Assembly: GCA_964397195.1 (NCBI GenBank) | Contig: CAYNGY010000001.1 | Coordinates: forward strand, 70,586 to 134,585 | Direction: 5' to 3' | DNA: 64,000 bases | From: an uncultured Gammaproteobacteria bacterium | Lineage (GTDB): Bacteria > Patescibacteriota > Patescibacteriia > SBBC01 > CAIJZX01 | Shown here: in pieces, positions 1 through 9,346 of the stretch | How positions within the stretch are numbered: the first letter of the stretch is position 1 | Layout: each line of letters opens with the position of its first letter | Translations under genes and position numbers: made by a program | The notes under the pieces: generated by a model | Told to the model about the DNA's origin: nothing | Seen by the model: the letters and a program-made list of their open reading frames with translations, nothing else | The model's database searches: none

Positions 1-220
1 GTTTCTTCATGTGGTCGAGAAGCTCTTGGAGCTCGAGCTCGCCGGGCATGGCCGATCGAAGGGGGCGGATGATTCCGCCGCAGTCGCCGCACGTCTCGTA
101 CGGCAAGTGACTCTGTCGGAGGGTCGGCTGAGTCCGATGCTGACAGCGGCAGACGAAGGTCGAGGGAAGGAGCTGGTCGGGCCGCGGGGCGAGCACACTG
201 GCGAGAGATTCGATGGCCAT
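1..220 (-). CDS. Partial CDS (5' part only; continues past window edge). Hypothetical Zn-ribbon-like protein with CxC..CxxC.
   Basis: Minus-strand ATG at 220 with GGAGG 4 nt upstream. Strong GC3 bias in this frame. Translation MAIESLASVLAPRPDQ...FVCRCQH...CGDCGG. No stop before position 1. Absent from the ORF track because it is truncated. Confidence 0.4.
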   Translation of the reverse strand, partial: MAIESLASVLAPRPDQLLPSTFVCRCQHRTQPTLRQSHLPYETCGDCGGIIRPLRSAMPGELELQELLDHMKK

Positions 221-294
221 CGGGCCTCCGGTGGTGGAGAGTGAGAATCGTGGGGCGGTACGAGTAGAATAACATAATCCACAGCGACAAAATA

Positions 295-323
295 TTGACA
301 ATATACCCCGGGGGGGTATATTG
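295..323 (+). promoter_or_regulatory. Sigma70-like promoter (TTGACA 295-300, TATATT 317-322) overlapping the palindrome ATATACCCCGGGGGGGTATAT (301-321). This is a CsoR/RcnR-type operator (GC-rich core, AT flanks).
   Basis: Palindrome and hexamers read directly. They sit immediately upstream of the CsoR-family gene and diverge from the minus-strand partial CDS. Confidence 0.55.
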
Positions 324-329
324 AAATAT

Positions 330-590
330 ATGGCCCAGAAGTATCGCGCTTCTCGCACCGTCGGTGCTCGGATTCACCGTTTAACCGGTCAGATTCAGGC
401 GATTGAAAAAATGGTGACCCAGCGGCGAACGTGCGCCGAGGTCTTGTACCAAATCAGTGCGGTTCGTTCCGGACTTGAACAGGTCGCGGCGATCCTGTTC
501 GAAATAGAATTACAGAAGGTCGCCTCCCGCCGTCGGCTGACAAAAAAAGACGTCGACGGTCTTTCCCACGCTTTTAGTAAGTCAATATAA
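330..590 (+). CDS. CsoR/RcnR/FrmR-family (DUF156) metal/stress-sensing transcriptional repressor. Only one conserved Cys is retained.
   Basis: ORF 321..590. The ATG at 330 is preferred over the TTG at 321. Motif QRRTCAEVLYQISAVRSGLEQVAA is typical of the CsoR family. The His/Cys of the canonical Cu site are replaced (ILFEIELQKV). Confidence 0.75.
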   Translation: MAQKYRASRTVGARIHRLTGQIQAIEKMVTQRRTCAEVLYQISAVRSGLEQVAAILFEIELQKVASRRRLTKKDVDGLSHAFSKSI

Positions 591-597
591 TACCCGT

Positions 598-924
598 ATG
601 TCGAATGCCGCTTCGGTGACCGATCAAACATTTGAGCAGGAAGTCCTGAAATCAGAAAAACCCGTGCTCGTAGATTTTTGGGCGGTCTGGTGTTATCCGT
701 GCAAAGTGCAAGGACCGATTATCGACGAGGTGGCCCAAGCTATGGGTGACAAAATGAAAATCGTGAAGCTTGAGGTTGATGACAGTCCGATGACCGCCGG
801 GAAATATAATATTCTGTCCATTCCGACCTTAGCATTGTTTAAAAATGGTGAAGTCATCTGGCAAGGTGTTGGTGTTCACCAGAAGCCGGCTCTCGAAGAG
901 GCGCTCAAGAAACATCTTGAATAA
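598..924 (+). CDS. trxA: Thioredoxin with an atypical WCYPC active site.
   Basis: 108 aa. Thioredoxin fold signature ...VLVDFWAVWCYPCKV...SIPTLALFKNGE. Confidence 0.85.
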   Translation: MSNAASVTDQTFEQEVLKSEKPVLVDFWAVWCYPCKVQGPIIDEVAQAMGDKMKIVKLEVDDSPMTAGKYNILSIPTLALFKNGEVIWQGVGVHQKPALEEALKKHLE

Positions 925-927
925 TCT

Positions 928-1914
928 GTGACGACGGACGTCGTCATCATCGGCGGTGGGCCGGCCGGATTAACCGCCGCACTGTATGCGTCACGACGCG
1001 GCGTTCGCGTTGTCCTCTTGACCGAAGACACTGGCGGACAAGCAACGATGACCGCCCGGATTGAAAACTACCCGGGCGTTGATCCGGTTGACGGACGCGA
1101 ATTAATGATGCGATTTCAGCGTCAGGCCGTTGCCGCTGGGGCCGATGTTCGTCATGAACGAGCGCTGTCGATTGCGCACCACGGCCAGAACTTTACGGTC
1201 ACGACGACACGAGCGTCGTACGAAACGGAAACCGTCATCCTGGCTACCGGCCTGACTCGCCGCCGACTTGCTGTTCCGGGCGAGGAAACATTTATCGGTC
1301 GCGGCGTGTACTACGGCCTGCTTGATCAACCGCGAAATTGGGCGGAGAAATCCATGGCAGTGGTCGGCAGTGGGAATTCGGCCATGGACACCGCGTTACT
1401 TTTGGCCAACGAAAACGCGAACGTGCATCTCTTCATCAAGCACCCCGAGCTACGTGGTGAGCGAGTGTTGATCGATCGCGTTCAAGCGTCACCGCGCATT
1501 ACCGTCTACCCAGTCGCGGAGGTGACGCGGATTGAGGGTCAGGCTGAGGTGAGTGGCATTGTCTTCATGAGCCACGATCGTGAACAGCGGATGGACGTTG
1601 ATGGGGTTGATGTCGAAATCGGATTTATCGTGAATCCGGAACTGACCCGCGGATTGGTGGATGTCGACGGCAAACAGCAGGTCATCATCGAGCCCGGACG
1701 AAACGCGACGAGTGTCCCCGGTATGTTTGCCGCTGGCGATATCACGACCATCCTACAGAAACAAGTTGTCATTTCAGCCGGTGAGGGGGCAAAAGCGGGC
1801 ATGAGCGCGGCCGAGTACATCCTAGCTCGTCGTGGCCAACCCATGCCCTCAACCGATTGGACTCATCACGAGCCGCTTCGGCACGAACAATCTTCTTCGT
1901 CGGAAATTGACTGA
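928..1914 (+). CDS. Thioredoxin-reductase-fold FAD/NAD(P) flavoprotein lacking the CxxC redox disulfide. The whole protein has no Cys. Possibly a TrxR-like ferredoxin-NADP reductase.
   Basis: GTG start. N-terminal VVIIGGGPAGLTAA FAD motif and a second GSGNSA NAD(P) motif. The CATC active-site position reads YYGLLDQP. Confidence 0.75.
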   Translation: MTTDVVIIGGGPAGLTAALYASRRGVRVVLLTEDTGGQATMTARIENYPGVDPVDGRELMMRFQRQAVAAGADVRHERALSIAHHGQNFTVTTTRASYETETVILATGLTRRRLAVPGEETFIGRGVYYGLLDQPRNWAEKSMAVVGSGNSAMDTALLLANENANVHLFIKHPELRGERVLIDRVQASPRITVYPVAEVTRIEGQAEVSGIVFMSHDREQRMDVDGVDVEIGFIVNPELTRGLVDVDGKQQVIIEPGRNATSVPGMFAAGDITTILQKQVVISAGEGAKAGMSAAEYILARRGQPMPSTDWTHHEPLRHEQSSSSEID

Positions 1915-1923
1915 CCAAAATAT

Positions 1924-3159
1924 ATGGCCTCAAATCCATTCAGTAACGCTCTCGCCCAACTCAAAGCGGCCACCGCTCATCTCGAGCTGTCGGCGGAGAT
2001 GGTTGCCCGGCTCCAACAACCCGAACGGTTCGTCCAGGTATCGATTCCGGTGCTGATGGACAATGGCCAGACCAGGGCCTTTACCGGATACCGCGTCCAG
2101 TATAATAGTGCCCGCGGCCCGTACAAAGGTGGGATTCGATTTCATCCGGATACAAATCTGAACGAAGTAAAGGCGCTGTCGTTTTGGATGGCCATGAAAT
2201 GTGCTGTCGTTGGCATTCCGTACGGCGGCGGGAAGGGCGGCGTGACGGTCGATCCGCGTCCGCTGTCGAAAGGAGAGCTCGAACGACTATCGCGGGGCTG
2301 GGTGCGCGCGATGTATCCTGTCCTCGGTCCAGATGTAGATGTCCCAGCGCCAGACGTCAACACGAACGGACAGATCATGTCCTGGATGGTTGATGAATAT
2401 TCGCGTCTGGCCGGAAAATGGTCGCCCGCCGCGTTTACTGGAAAGCCAATCGAAGTTGGCGGAAGTGAAGGACGAATGTTTTCGACGAGTCAAGGTGGGT
2501 TTTATGTCCTCGATGCGTTAGCCAAGGTGCTCAAACTTGATCCAAAGAAAACAAGCGTTGCGATTCAGGGTTTCGGAAACGTCGGCGCATTTGCCGCTGA
2601 GATTATGTCGAAGGCGGGTTACCGAATTGTCGCGGTCTCGGACTCACAAGGCGGCGTCTATGTGCCGGGTGGACTCGATGTGGCGGCTGTTTGGAAACAC
2701 AAGCAAGAAACCGGGACCGTTGCGAGTTACGCGCCAGCGAAAAAAGTTTCGAACAAACAGATTCTCGAACTGCCAGTCCACCTGCTTGTGCCGTCGGCGC
2801 TGGAGAGCGTCCTGACGGGAGCGAATGCCGGTCGGGTGAAAGCGAAAATCATCTTAGAACTCGCCAACGGCCCGACGACACCAGAAGCCGATGCAAAATT
2901 CGCCAAGCGGGGCATCCATGTTGTTCCGGATATTCTGGCCAATGCCGGCGGAGTGGTCGGATCATATTTCGAATGGGTTCAGAACCGCGCCGGCGATCAC
3001 TGGAGTGAGCGCGAAGTGCTGACGCGACTCAAGCCGGTCATGACGGAATCATTTGATGCTGTCTGGGCAATGGCAAAGAAGAAACATGTGACCTTACGCG
3101 TGGCCGCGTATTTGGTGGCTATCGAGCGCATTGTGAAAGCGATGAAATTGCGGGGGTAG
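1924..3159 (+). CDS. gdhA: NAD(P)-specific glutamate dehydrogenase.
   Basis: 411 aa. Motifs GPYKGGIRFHP, GIPYGGGKGG, and the C-terminal GFGNVG Rossmann motif. Confidence 0.9.
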   Translation: MASNPFSNALAQLKAATAHLELSAEMVARLQQPERFVQVSIPVLMDNGQTRAFTGYRVQYNSARGPYKGGIRFHPDTNLNEVKALSFWMAMKCAVVGIPYGGGKGGVTVDPRPLSKGELERLSRGWVRAMYPVLGPDVDVPAPDVNTNGQIMSWMVDEYSRLAGKWSPAAFTGKPIEVGGSEGRMFSTSQGGFYVLDALAKVLKLDPKKTSVAIQGFGNVGAFAAEIMSKAGYRIVAVSDSQGGVYVPGGLDVAAVWKHKQETGTVASYAPAKKVSNKQILELPVHLLVPSALESVLTGANAGRVKAKIILELANGPTTPEADAKFAKRGIHVVPDILANAGGVVGSYFEWVQNRAGDHWSEREVLTRLKPVMTESFDAVWAMAKKKHVTLRVAAYLVAIERIVKAMKLRG

Positions 3160-3589
3160 ATACTTTCCCCTCGGCTTCGCCGGTTCCCCCTTCTGAATTC
3201 AGAAGGGGGACAGGGGGAAGTAAAAACTCCTCCAATGTTTTCAGTACCGTCTCAATGTGTAACAACACATCTTCGTTCGTGAATCTGATCACAAAAATAT
3301 AACAAGACGTTAAGAACATTTCTCGCTCGATATCATTCGCTGCAACTTCTTTTGTTTGATGAATTATGCCGTCGAGTTCAACCGCAAACCGGAGTTTTGG
3401 GCAGTAGAAATCAAGGATATACCGTCCCACGCCAAACTGCCGCCGAAACCGATATCCGTGGAAGCCGTCTTTTTTCAAATACTCCCAGAGTCGACGCTCA
3501 GCGGCAGTGGGCGAGCGACGTAACGTTTGACGAATAGTCTTATGAGACGAAAGATTATATAAACGAGGCATAGCCAAGATGAAGGCCAC
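3119..3589 (-). CDS. DUF559 (Vsr-like endonuclease fold) protein. The complete domain is followed by a ~40-aa read-through extension across the palindrome, overlapping the gdhA 3' end.
   Basis: RRLWEYLKK...GYRFRRQFGVGRYILDFYCPKLRFAVELDGIIH...NEDVL matches the DUF559 consensus. The domain ends near TLEEF, and no stop occurs until 3119. Confidence 0.55.
   Translation of the reverse strand: MAFILAMPRLYNLSSHKTIRQTLRRSPTAAERRLWEYLKKDGFHGYRFRRQFGVGRYILDFYCPKLRFAVELDGIIHQTKEVAANDIEREMFLTSCYIFVIRFTNEDVLLHIETVLKTLEEFLLPPVPLLNSEGGTGEAEGKVSTPAISSLSQCAR
3186..3209. repeat. Perfect 24-bp palindrome CCCCCTTCTGAATTCAGAAGGGGG centred on GAATTC. A hairpin 27 nt after the gdhA stop, with no U-tract.
   Basis: Read directly. 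It lies inside the 3' end of the minus-strand DUF559 ORF. Confidence 0.6.
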
Positions 3590-3710
3590 ACATACGTAAT
3601 GATAAGTGGGGCGCCAAGAAAGTCAAAGGTTATATGCTGGAGAAGTTCGACACGGGCTTGACAAAAGCTCAGTTTTGCGGTATACCCAGGTGTCATTAAT
3701 CTCTAAATCT

Positions 3711-5201
3711 ATGGTCCGCCACATTCGTGTTTTACTTGCGCTCGCCGTCCTCGCGCCGTTGATGGCGTGGGCTTCGCCTGCCGCCGCTGAGTCACGTGAA
3801 CTAATTGTAAACGGATACTTTCGGAGCGATCCTACGGCAGATTGGCATGCCCAGGACTATTCGGCGTTAAATTCACAATACGGAGTAACATATACCCCAA
3901 TCGCGACACAACCCATTAACTGGTGGGGTGGTGGAGGATACACAGGCCAAGATAATAACTTCATTACGCTCGGATCTCACGGCGTCGATCTAGAAACGGT
4001 ATCACAGCTGGTGATGCTGCCGGCGAATGCGACAAATATTAAAGTCCGAGCGTACTACTTAATGTACCCGAGCTCAACACTGCCGCAGTTAACACTTTCG
4101 GCAGTTGGAGCAGCGCGTGGCGTAAAATGTGATGTCACCGCGCCGGCCGAGGGGAGTTACACGTGGAGCGCCATGTCGTGTACGTTACCTGAAGGATCTA
4201 GTGGGCAGGTGAATATTGTGATCAAAAGTTTTGGTAGTACGGTAGCGTATGTGAGTGGTATTAGTGTCACAGTTGACGTGCCAAGCTCTCCGCCGGCACC
4301 AGCCCCGGTAGTCACGCCGCCAGTGATATCACTGACAAGTCCCACAAACGGTAGCACCGTTCAGAGTGGCTCCGTAACCATTGCTGGTACTATCAAGAGC
4401 CCAAGTTCTGAGCTCACAAATTACTACTACTGGTACAATGAAAAACCGTATTACTTTACGCTTGATGCGCAAGGAAATTTTTCTGTCCCGGTGACACTGA
4501 CGTCTTCCGACAACTGGTTTGTGTTTGTGGCGAACAATCGGTACGGGCTCGAGTCGCGCCAGGCCTACCAAATTAAATACAAACCCACGCCACGCGTGCT
4601 AGGTGTCAGCACGTCGTCTTCGACGTTAACGTCGATCATCTTGAAAAATGGAAAGTTTCAATTAAAAAAGGGCACCACGACAAAAACCATCCAACCCTTC
4701 CCGGGCTACACCGGAAAAATCTATGCCAAGCGAATTGAGGTGGCGCCAGATGAAATCTATTTCATCTTCGTCGCGCTTGATGCTGGGAAAGCCGGGAAAA
4801 TGGTCATCTATAATCAAGATGGAAATGTGACGGATCGGAATGCTCCCTTTGGGGCCTTCAAGCCGGGATATAATGTCTCGATGCTCGTATCGAAAGTGAC
4901 CAGCCAGGTATTCATTGCTGTCGCCCCGAAGAAGTGGGGGAATAGTGTTTCACTATTCGAGATCCAGGCGGGCAAGTTCGTCTATATCGAAAAAGCGGTG
5001 GTTGGAAAAAAGACTTCTGGGGATCTGCGCGTGAAACTGATGTCACCGGATGGTCAATCAGTCGTTCTGGCGACCGGCATAATGGGGAAGAAGGCCACGC
5101 GTAAATCGTGGCGGTATAGCGAATTCACGAACTCGTTTATCCGGACGGTCGGTTCCGATCGGCATGTCCGAATGAATAAAACGGCGCTGTCCTGGAAATA
5201 A
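3711..5201 (+). CDS. Secreted protein of unknown function (signal peptide, PAPAPVVTPP linker).
   Basis: ORF 3606..5201. The likely start is the ATG at 3711 giving MVRHIRVLLALAVLAPLMAWASPAAA. The sequence is lower-GC and Ser/Thr-rich. Confidence 0.55.
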   Translation: MVRHIRVLLALAVLAPLMAWASPAAAESRELIVNGYFRSDPTADWHAQDYSALNSQYGVTYTPIATQPINWWGGGGYTGQDNNFITLGSHGVDLETVSQLVMLPANATNIKVRAYYLMYPSSTLPQLTLSAVGAARGVKCDVTAPAEGSYTWSAMSCTLPEGSSGQVNIVIKSFGSTVAYVSGISVTVDVPSSPPAPAPVVTPPVISLTSPTNGSTVQSGSVTIAGTIKSPSSELTNYYYWYNEKPYYFTLDAQGNFSVPVTLTSSDNWFVFVANNRYGLESRQAYQIKYKPTPRVLGVSTSSSTLTSIILKNGKFQLKKGTTTKTIQPFPGYTGKIYAKRIEVAPDEIYFIFVALDAGKAGKMVIYNQDGNVTDRNAPFGAFKPGYNVSMLVSKVTSQVFIAVAPKKWGNSVSLFEIQAGKFVYIEKAVVGKKTSGDLRVKLMSPDGQSVVLATGIMGKKATRKSWRYSEFTNSFIRTVGSDRHVRMNKTALSWK

Positions 5202-5259
5202 GCGAAAAATGAATCACACCCGGTCCGTCCTTGGACCGGGTGTTTTGTACACGGAGCGA

Positions 5260-6123
5260 TTACGTGAGCTGACGCAGGAGATACTCGCCGTAGCTCGGGC
5301 CGTCTGCGAGGAGGCGGAACTGATCGTCGGTGATCCAGCCCATCCGCCAGGCCACTTCTTCCGGACAGCCGGGATTGATCTGGTGCAGTTCGCTGATCAT
5401 GTCGATGTAGTTCGACGCCGTCAGCAACGAGCTCGGCGTGCCGGTGTCGAGCCAGGCCATACCGCGGCCGAGACGTTCGACACGGAGTTCACCGCGCTGG
5501 AGGTAGGCGTCGTTCAACGACGTGATCTCAAGCTCACCTCGGTTCGACGGAGTCAGCGTCTTCGTCAACTCGACGACGCGGCCATCGTAGAAGTACAGGC
5601 CGGTGACGGCGACGTTCGACGTTGTGGTGGTCGGCTTCTCGACGATACTGCGGACGCGTCCCTCGGCATCGAACTCGACGACGCCGAACCGTTTCGGGTC
5701 TCTGACTTCGTAGCCGAAGACGATGGCGCCGGTCGTGAGTTCGGCCGCCGTGCGAAGAATCGAGGGGAGCCCATGTCCGAAGAAGATGTTGTCGCCGAGG
5801 ATCAGGCTGACCGGATCATTGGCGATGAACACTTCGCCGACGAGGAACGCCTGCGCGAGGCCACCCGGTTTCGGCTGGATCGCATAGGAGATCGATATGC
5901 CCCACTGCGAGCCGTCGCCGAGGAGGCGTCGGAAGGCGTCGTTGTCTTCGGGGGTGGTGATGATCAGGATCTCCCGGATGCCGGCGAGCATGAGCACCGT
6001 CAACGGGTAGTAGACCATCGGCTTGTCATAGACGTGAAGCAGCTGCTTGCAGACGACGTCGGTGGCGGGGCGGAGTCGAGTGGCTCGGCCGCCAGCCAAG
6101 ATAATGCCCTTGCGGACGCTCAT
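5260..6123 (-). CDS. rfbA: Glucose-1-phosphate thymidylyltransferase.
   Basis: 287 aa. [16 protein letters not shown] and the full RmlA signature. Confidence 0.9.
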   Translation of the reverse strand: MSVRKGIILAGGRATRLRPATDVVCKQLLHVYDKPMVYYPLTVLMLAGIREILIITTPEDNDAFRRLLGDGSQWGISISYAIQPKPGGLAQAFLVGEVFIANDPVSLILGDNIFFGHGLPSILRTAAELTTGAIVFGYEVRDPKRFGVVEFDAEGRVRSIVEKPTTTTSNVAVTGLYFYDGRVVELTKTLTPSNRGELEITSLNDAYLQRGELRVERLGRGMAWLDTGTPSSLLTASNYIDMISELHQINPGCPEEVAWRMGWITDDQFRLLADGPSYGEYLLRQLT

Positions 6124-6215
6124 GGCGAGCCTTTCGTTGGAGTGAGATGTGCAAATCCGGGTTCACCTTACGAGTGTCGAGGGTAGTCGTCAAGTATGAA
6201 AAAGCCCCGCTCTTT

Positions 6216-7145
6216 TCAGAGCGGGACCCGGAGGACGATGACCATGGTCTGGTCGTCACAGGTGATGGTCGGGATGACGAGAGCGCGATCGATGAGCCGC
6301 CGCGCCGGCGCTGTGTGCAGTTGGCGGGTTGGGACCCAAGCGACCACCGACGATCGCGTTCGTGATCGAAACCATTGGTAGGTGCGCTGGAGCGTATTCC
6401 GACGCGGCGCCGAACATCTCACCTTCGGTTGCGTTGTGACCTTCGCAATTCGTGGGCGAGGAGCGGTGAGTACAGGCGGAGCAGGAGACGCGGCCGCGGT
6501 GGGGAGAGTCTCGTCGAGTGTCTCGTCCGGCGGTAGCACCGATTCGGGGACCGGGACGGCCGGAGTCATGCCGAGGTGCTTCGCGAGTCGCTCCTCATTC
6601 ACGCCGTCAGGAATGATGTGTGCTTGGAGCACCGAACCGTCGTCGAGGCGAAAGTTCCGAATGACGTACCCACGTCCGAGACAAACGCGGCGGAGCTCGG
6701 CCCCGTTGTTTCGCGGAACAAACTGCGGACCGCGATCAACGCTGAGGACGTCAGTTCGGTTGACGAGAGCAATGATCTCGTCACGAATTTCGACTGGCCA
6801 GTCCTGGGCCAGATCTGAACGAGGGGCGTCTTCAACCGGAGTCGCGCTTTCGGTCGCAGGCTCAGGCGGCGGCGCCTCACGCAACAGTGAAACAAGACTG
6901 TGCATGAGCGACGTCGAGACGCCGTTCTTCAGGCCCGTAATTTGGACCGACTGTTTACGGCCGATTTCGGTACACCAGACCTGAAGGCCGGTGGGTGACT
7001 CGCCGCGCTGATGAATCAGGCCGACGCTGATGTCTTCGGCGTCAGCGAGTTCGGCCAGGATTGGCTCAGCCACGGTTGGATGTGAGTAACCAAGCCGCCG
7101 GAGCAGAGTCAAGGCGCGGTTCGTGGTAGCGAGCAGCGTCGTCAT
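6216..7145 (-). CDS. Hypothetical protein.
   Basis: ORF 6216..7334. The preferred start is the ATG at 7145 (MTTLLATT) with AAGGA 7 nt upstream. The C-terminal third is low-complexity. Confidence 0.4.
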   Translation of the reverse strand: MTTLLATTNRALTLLRRLGYSHPTVAEPILAELADAEDISVGLIHQRGESPTGLQVWCTEIGRKQSVQITGLKNGVSTSLMHSLVSLLREAPPPEPATESATPVEDAPRSDLAQDWPVEIRDEIIALVNRTDVLSVDRGPQFVPRNNGAELRRVCLGRGYVIRNFRLDDGSVLQAHIIPDGVNEERLAKHLGMTPAVPVPESVLPPDETLDETLPTAAASPAPPVLTAPRPRIAKVTTQPKVRCSAPRRNTLQRTYQWFRSRTRSSVVAWVPTRQLHTAPARRLIDRALVIPTITCDDQTMVIVLRVPL

Positions 7146-7277
7146 GACGATTCCTTTCGTCGGGGAAAAAGGGCGGTCAACAGCGGGTACGAGAAGTGTA
7201 CGCTTCACAAAATCAAAAAGGAAGCCTGAGGAGCGGTGGCACGGGAAAGAAAAAAACGCTATACTCAGGATACAACT

Positions 7278-7955
7278 ATGGCAAAAACGAAACCCCACAA
7301 ACGCGAAGAACAAAAACTCCATCGTCTCGGGCATCGGCTCGTGGCGGGCGTTGATGAGGCTGGGCGCGGTGCTTGGGCCGGACCGATTGTGGCCGGGGCC
7401 GTCATTCTCGATGAAACGTTCGAACCAAAGCTAGTCAATGACTCAAAACAGCTCACCGCCAAGCAGCGCGAGAAGATGTTCGTCCATATCTCGCACCACG
7501 CTGTAAGTTGGGCCGTCGGAGTTATTCCGCACACCACAATTGATCGCGACGGCATGACTGCCGCGAATAGACTTGCACTGACCACCGCGCTTGAGCGGCT
7601 TCATGTCCAACCGGATGCGGTCCTCGTAGACGCGATGCCGATTTCGTATAAAAAGAAGCCGGTCACGGCCATCATCGATGGCGATGCGAAAAGTTTGACG
7701 ATTGCGGCCGCCTCAATCGTGGCCAAAGTTGTTCGCGACGCGCTAATGGATGGTGAGCATCGACGCTACCCAGAATATGGATTTGCTGAACACAAAGGGT
7801 ATGGCACCGCCGCGCATGAAAAAGCACTAGCTGCTCATGGTCCATCACCAATTCACCGACAGTCTTTTGAGCCATTGAAACGTGCTGTCGCTACAGCGAA
7901 AGGAAAGAAAATTGTCAGACGCGCAGCGCCGCGTCGGGTGGCGAAGAAAAAATAA
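7278..7955 (+). CDS. rnhB: Ribonuclease HII.
   Basis: LVAGVDEAGRGAWAGPIVAGAVIL motif. Lys/Arg-rich C-terminal tail. Start chosen at MAKTKPHK. Confidence 0.85.
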   Translation: MAKTKPHKREEQKLHRLGHRLVAGVDEAGRGAWAGPIVAGAVILDETFEPKLVNDSKQLTAKQREKMFVHISHHAVSWAVGVIPHTTIDRDGMTAANRLALTTALERLHVQPDAVLVDAMPISYKKKPVTAIIDGDAKSLTIAAASIVAKVVRDALMDGEHRRYPEYGFAEHKGYGTAAHEKALAAHGPSPIHRQSFEPLKRAVATAKGKKIVRRAAPRRVAKKK

Positions 7956-7980
7956 ATCACGGCTGCCGGATCAGCCGTGG

Positions 7981-9216
7981 TTAGGAGCGTGGGCGCCGAC
8001 GCTTTTTGCGTTCAGCGATACTGAGCGTGCGATGATGCGCAGCGGCCTTCCGGAGCCGATCCGCCCATTTCTTCGTCAGGATGCGCTGACGATGATCGTT
8101 GATCTGTTCGAGGAGCGTGACGAGGCGTTCGAGGTTCTTTCGGACGCTTCCGAGAGCGTAGACGCGTCCGAGCTCGTCGAGGGTAATTGCCTTGACGACG
8201 AGGAGCAAGTACTCAATTGCCCCTCGGAGTGCGCCGAGGAAGTTGCCACCGAGCGAACGACGGAATGCCGCACGCCAGCTAGCCTTTTCCTGCTGGGCAC
8301 TCATGATCTCGAACAGGCCACCCTGCATCGACCGACGGTTTACGATCAGCCCGGTGACCTGCCGGCGGAAATCGTGACTCTTCGTCCCCTGGCCATTGAC
8401 GATCAGGTATCGGAGTCGATACTCGACCTCAGTCGGGGTGAACCCAGCAATCTCCAGCCGGTGGAGTTCGAGTGCGACGCTGTAAGCGATGTGCCCAGCC
8501 CGGACTGCGTCCTGGATTTCACGCGAGGCGTCGCAGAACGCAAGCGCTCGGTGGACCCAGTCAGCACTCCGCCCAACCTGTCGGGCAAACGCGGCGACGG
8601 TCAATGTCGGCATCACGTCGCGCAGAAGTCGGAAGAAGAGATAGTACGCTTCCGCTTCCTGGTGCACCGGAACCGGATGGTGCGTGTTCTCCGAGTACTG
8701 CAGGTTGAGGGCGGCTACGGCGCTGATGCCGCGGTGAATCGTGACATCGAGTCTCGTGCCCTCGAAGTGGCGACGGAAGCATCTGCCGTTCGTCGTCGGG
8801 TGACCAGATCCATTGCAGGCTGAGCAGCCAACCTCCCAGAGGTGACGGCAAGCCCGCAGCCGACGTTCACCGGCGATCAACACCGGGTACATCGGCTTGG
8901 CGTCCGTGGTTGTTGGCCTGAAGTCACGCCAGTCGGTCATTGTGTTCCAGAGCCGATCGGTGATGGCGACGTACTGCTTGAATTCCTCGCGTGTGAGAAG
9001 TCCGACGGTGGGCGCATGGATGAGGCCCTGCAGGGCGATCGATTCAGCCAACTCGGGGATCCCGTCGAAGGTTTTCCGAGGCTGGTTGAGAGTGATGATC
9101 GAGTGCAGATCGATCGGTGCAGCGCGGCGACTCACAGAGCGCGGTTTCCGGAGCGCGGCCAGCAATTTCTGCTGGTCGGCCGGTCCCCAGCGATGGGAAA
9201 CAGCGTGTCCAGCCAT
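7981..9216 (-). CDS. Orphan ParB/Sulfiredoxin-like N-terminal domain protein with HTH and a Cys-rich insertion.
   Basis: YPVLIAGERRLRACRHL ParB box. Insertion CSACNGSGHPTTNGRC. GGAGG 9 nt upstream of the ATG at 9216. No parA is nearby. Confidence 0.65.
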   Translation of the reverse strand: MAGHAVSHRWGPADQQKLLAALRKPRSVSRRAAPIDLHSIITLNQPRKTFDGIPELAESIALQGLIHAPTVGLLTREEFKQYVAITDRLWNTMTDWRDFRPTTTDAKPMYPVLIAGERRLRACRHLWEVGCSACNGSGHPTTNGRCFRRHFEGTRLDVTIHRGISAVAALNLQYSENTHHPVPVHQEAEAYYLFFRLLRDVMPTLTVAAFARQVGRSADWVHRALAFCDASREIQDAVRAGHIAYSVALELHRLEIAGFTPTEVEYRLRYLIVNGQGTKSHDFRRQVTGLIVNRRSMQGGLFEIMSAQQEKASWRAAFRRSLGGNFLGALRGAIEYLLLVVKAITLDELGRVYALGSVRKNLERLVTLLEQINDHRQRILTKKWADRLRKAAAHHRTLSIAERKKRRRPRS

Positions 9217-9346
9217 GTGCTGACCTCCAAAACGAAGCGTTGAGTGTGGTAAGAGCCGGCCATATCTTTTCACGCGCGGCTAGTACCTGTCAACTTAGGG
9301 AATCGGACTTGCAGAAACAGCCAGAATTTCGTATGCTGTACCGGCT

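Noticed and set aside
5209-6186. 325-aa plus-strand ORF antisense to rfbA.
   Set aside because: rfbA identity is unambiguous. The plus-strand frame is a GC-rich shadow ORF.
7882-8823. 313-aa plus-strand ORF overlapping the ParB-like gene.
   Set aside because: It is antisense to a gene with clear ParB motifs and an SD site. Its sequence is low-complexity, typical of a high-GC shadow ORF.
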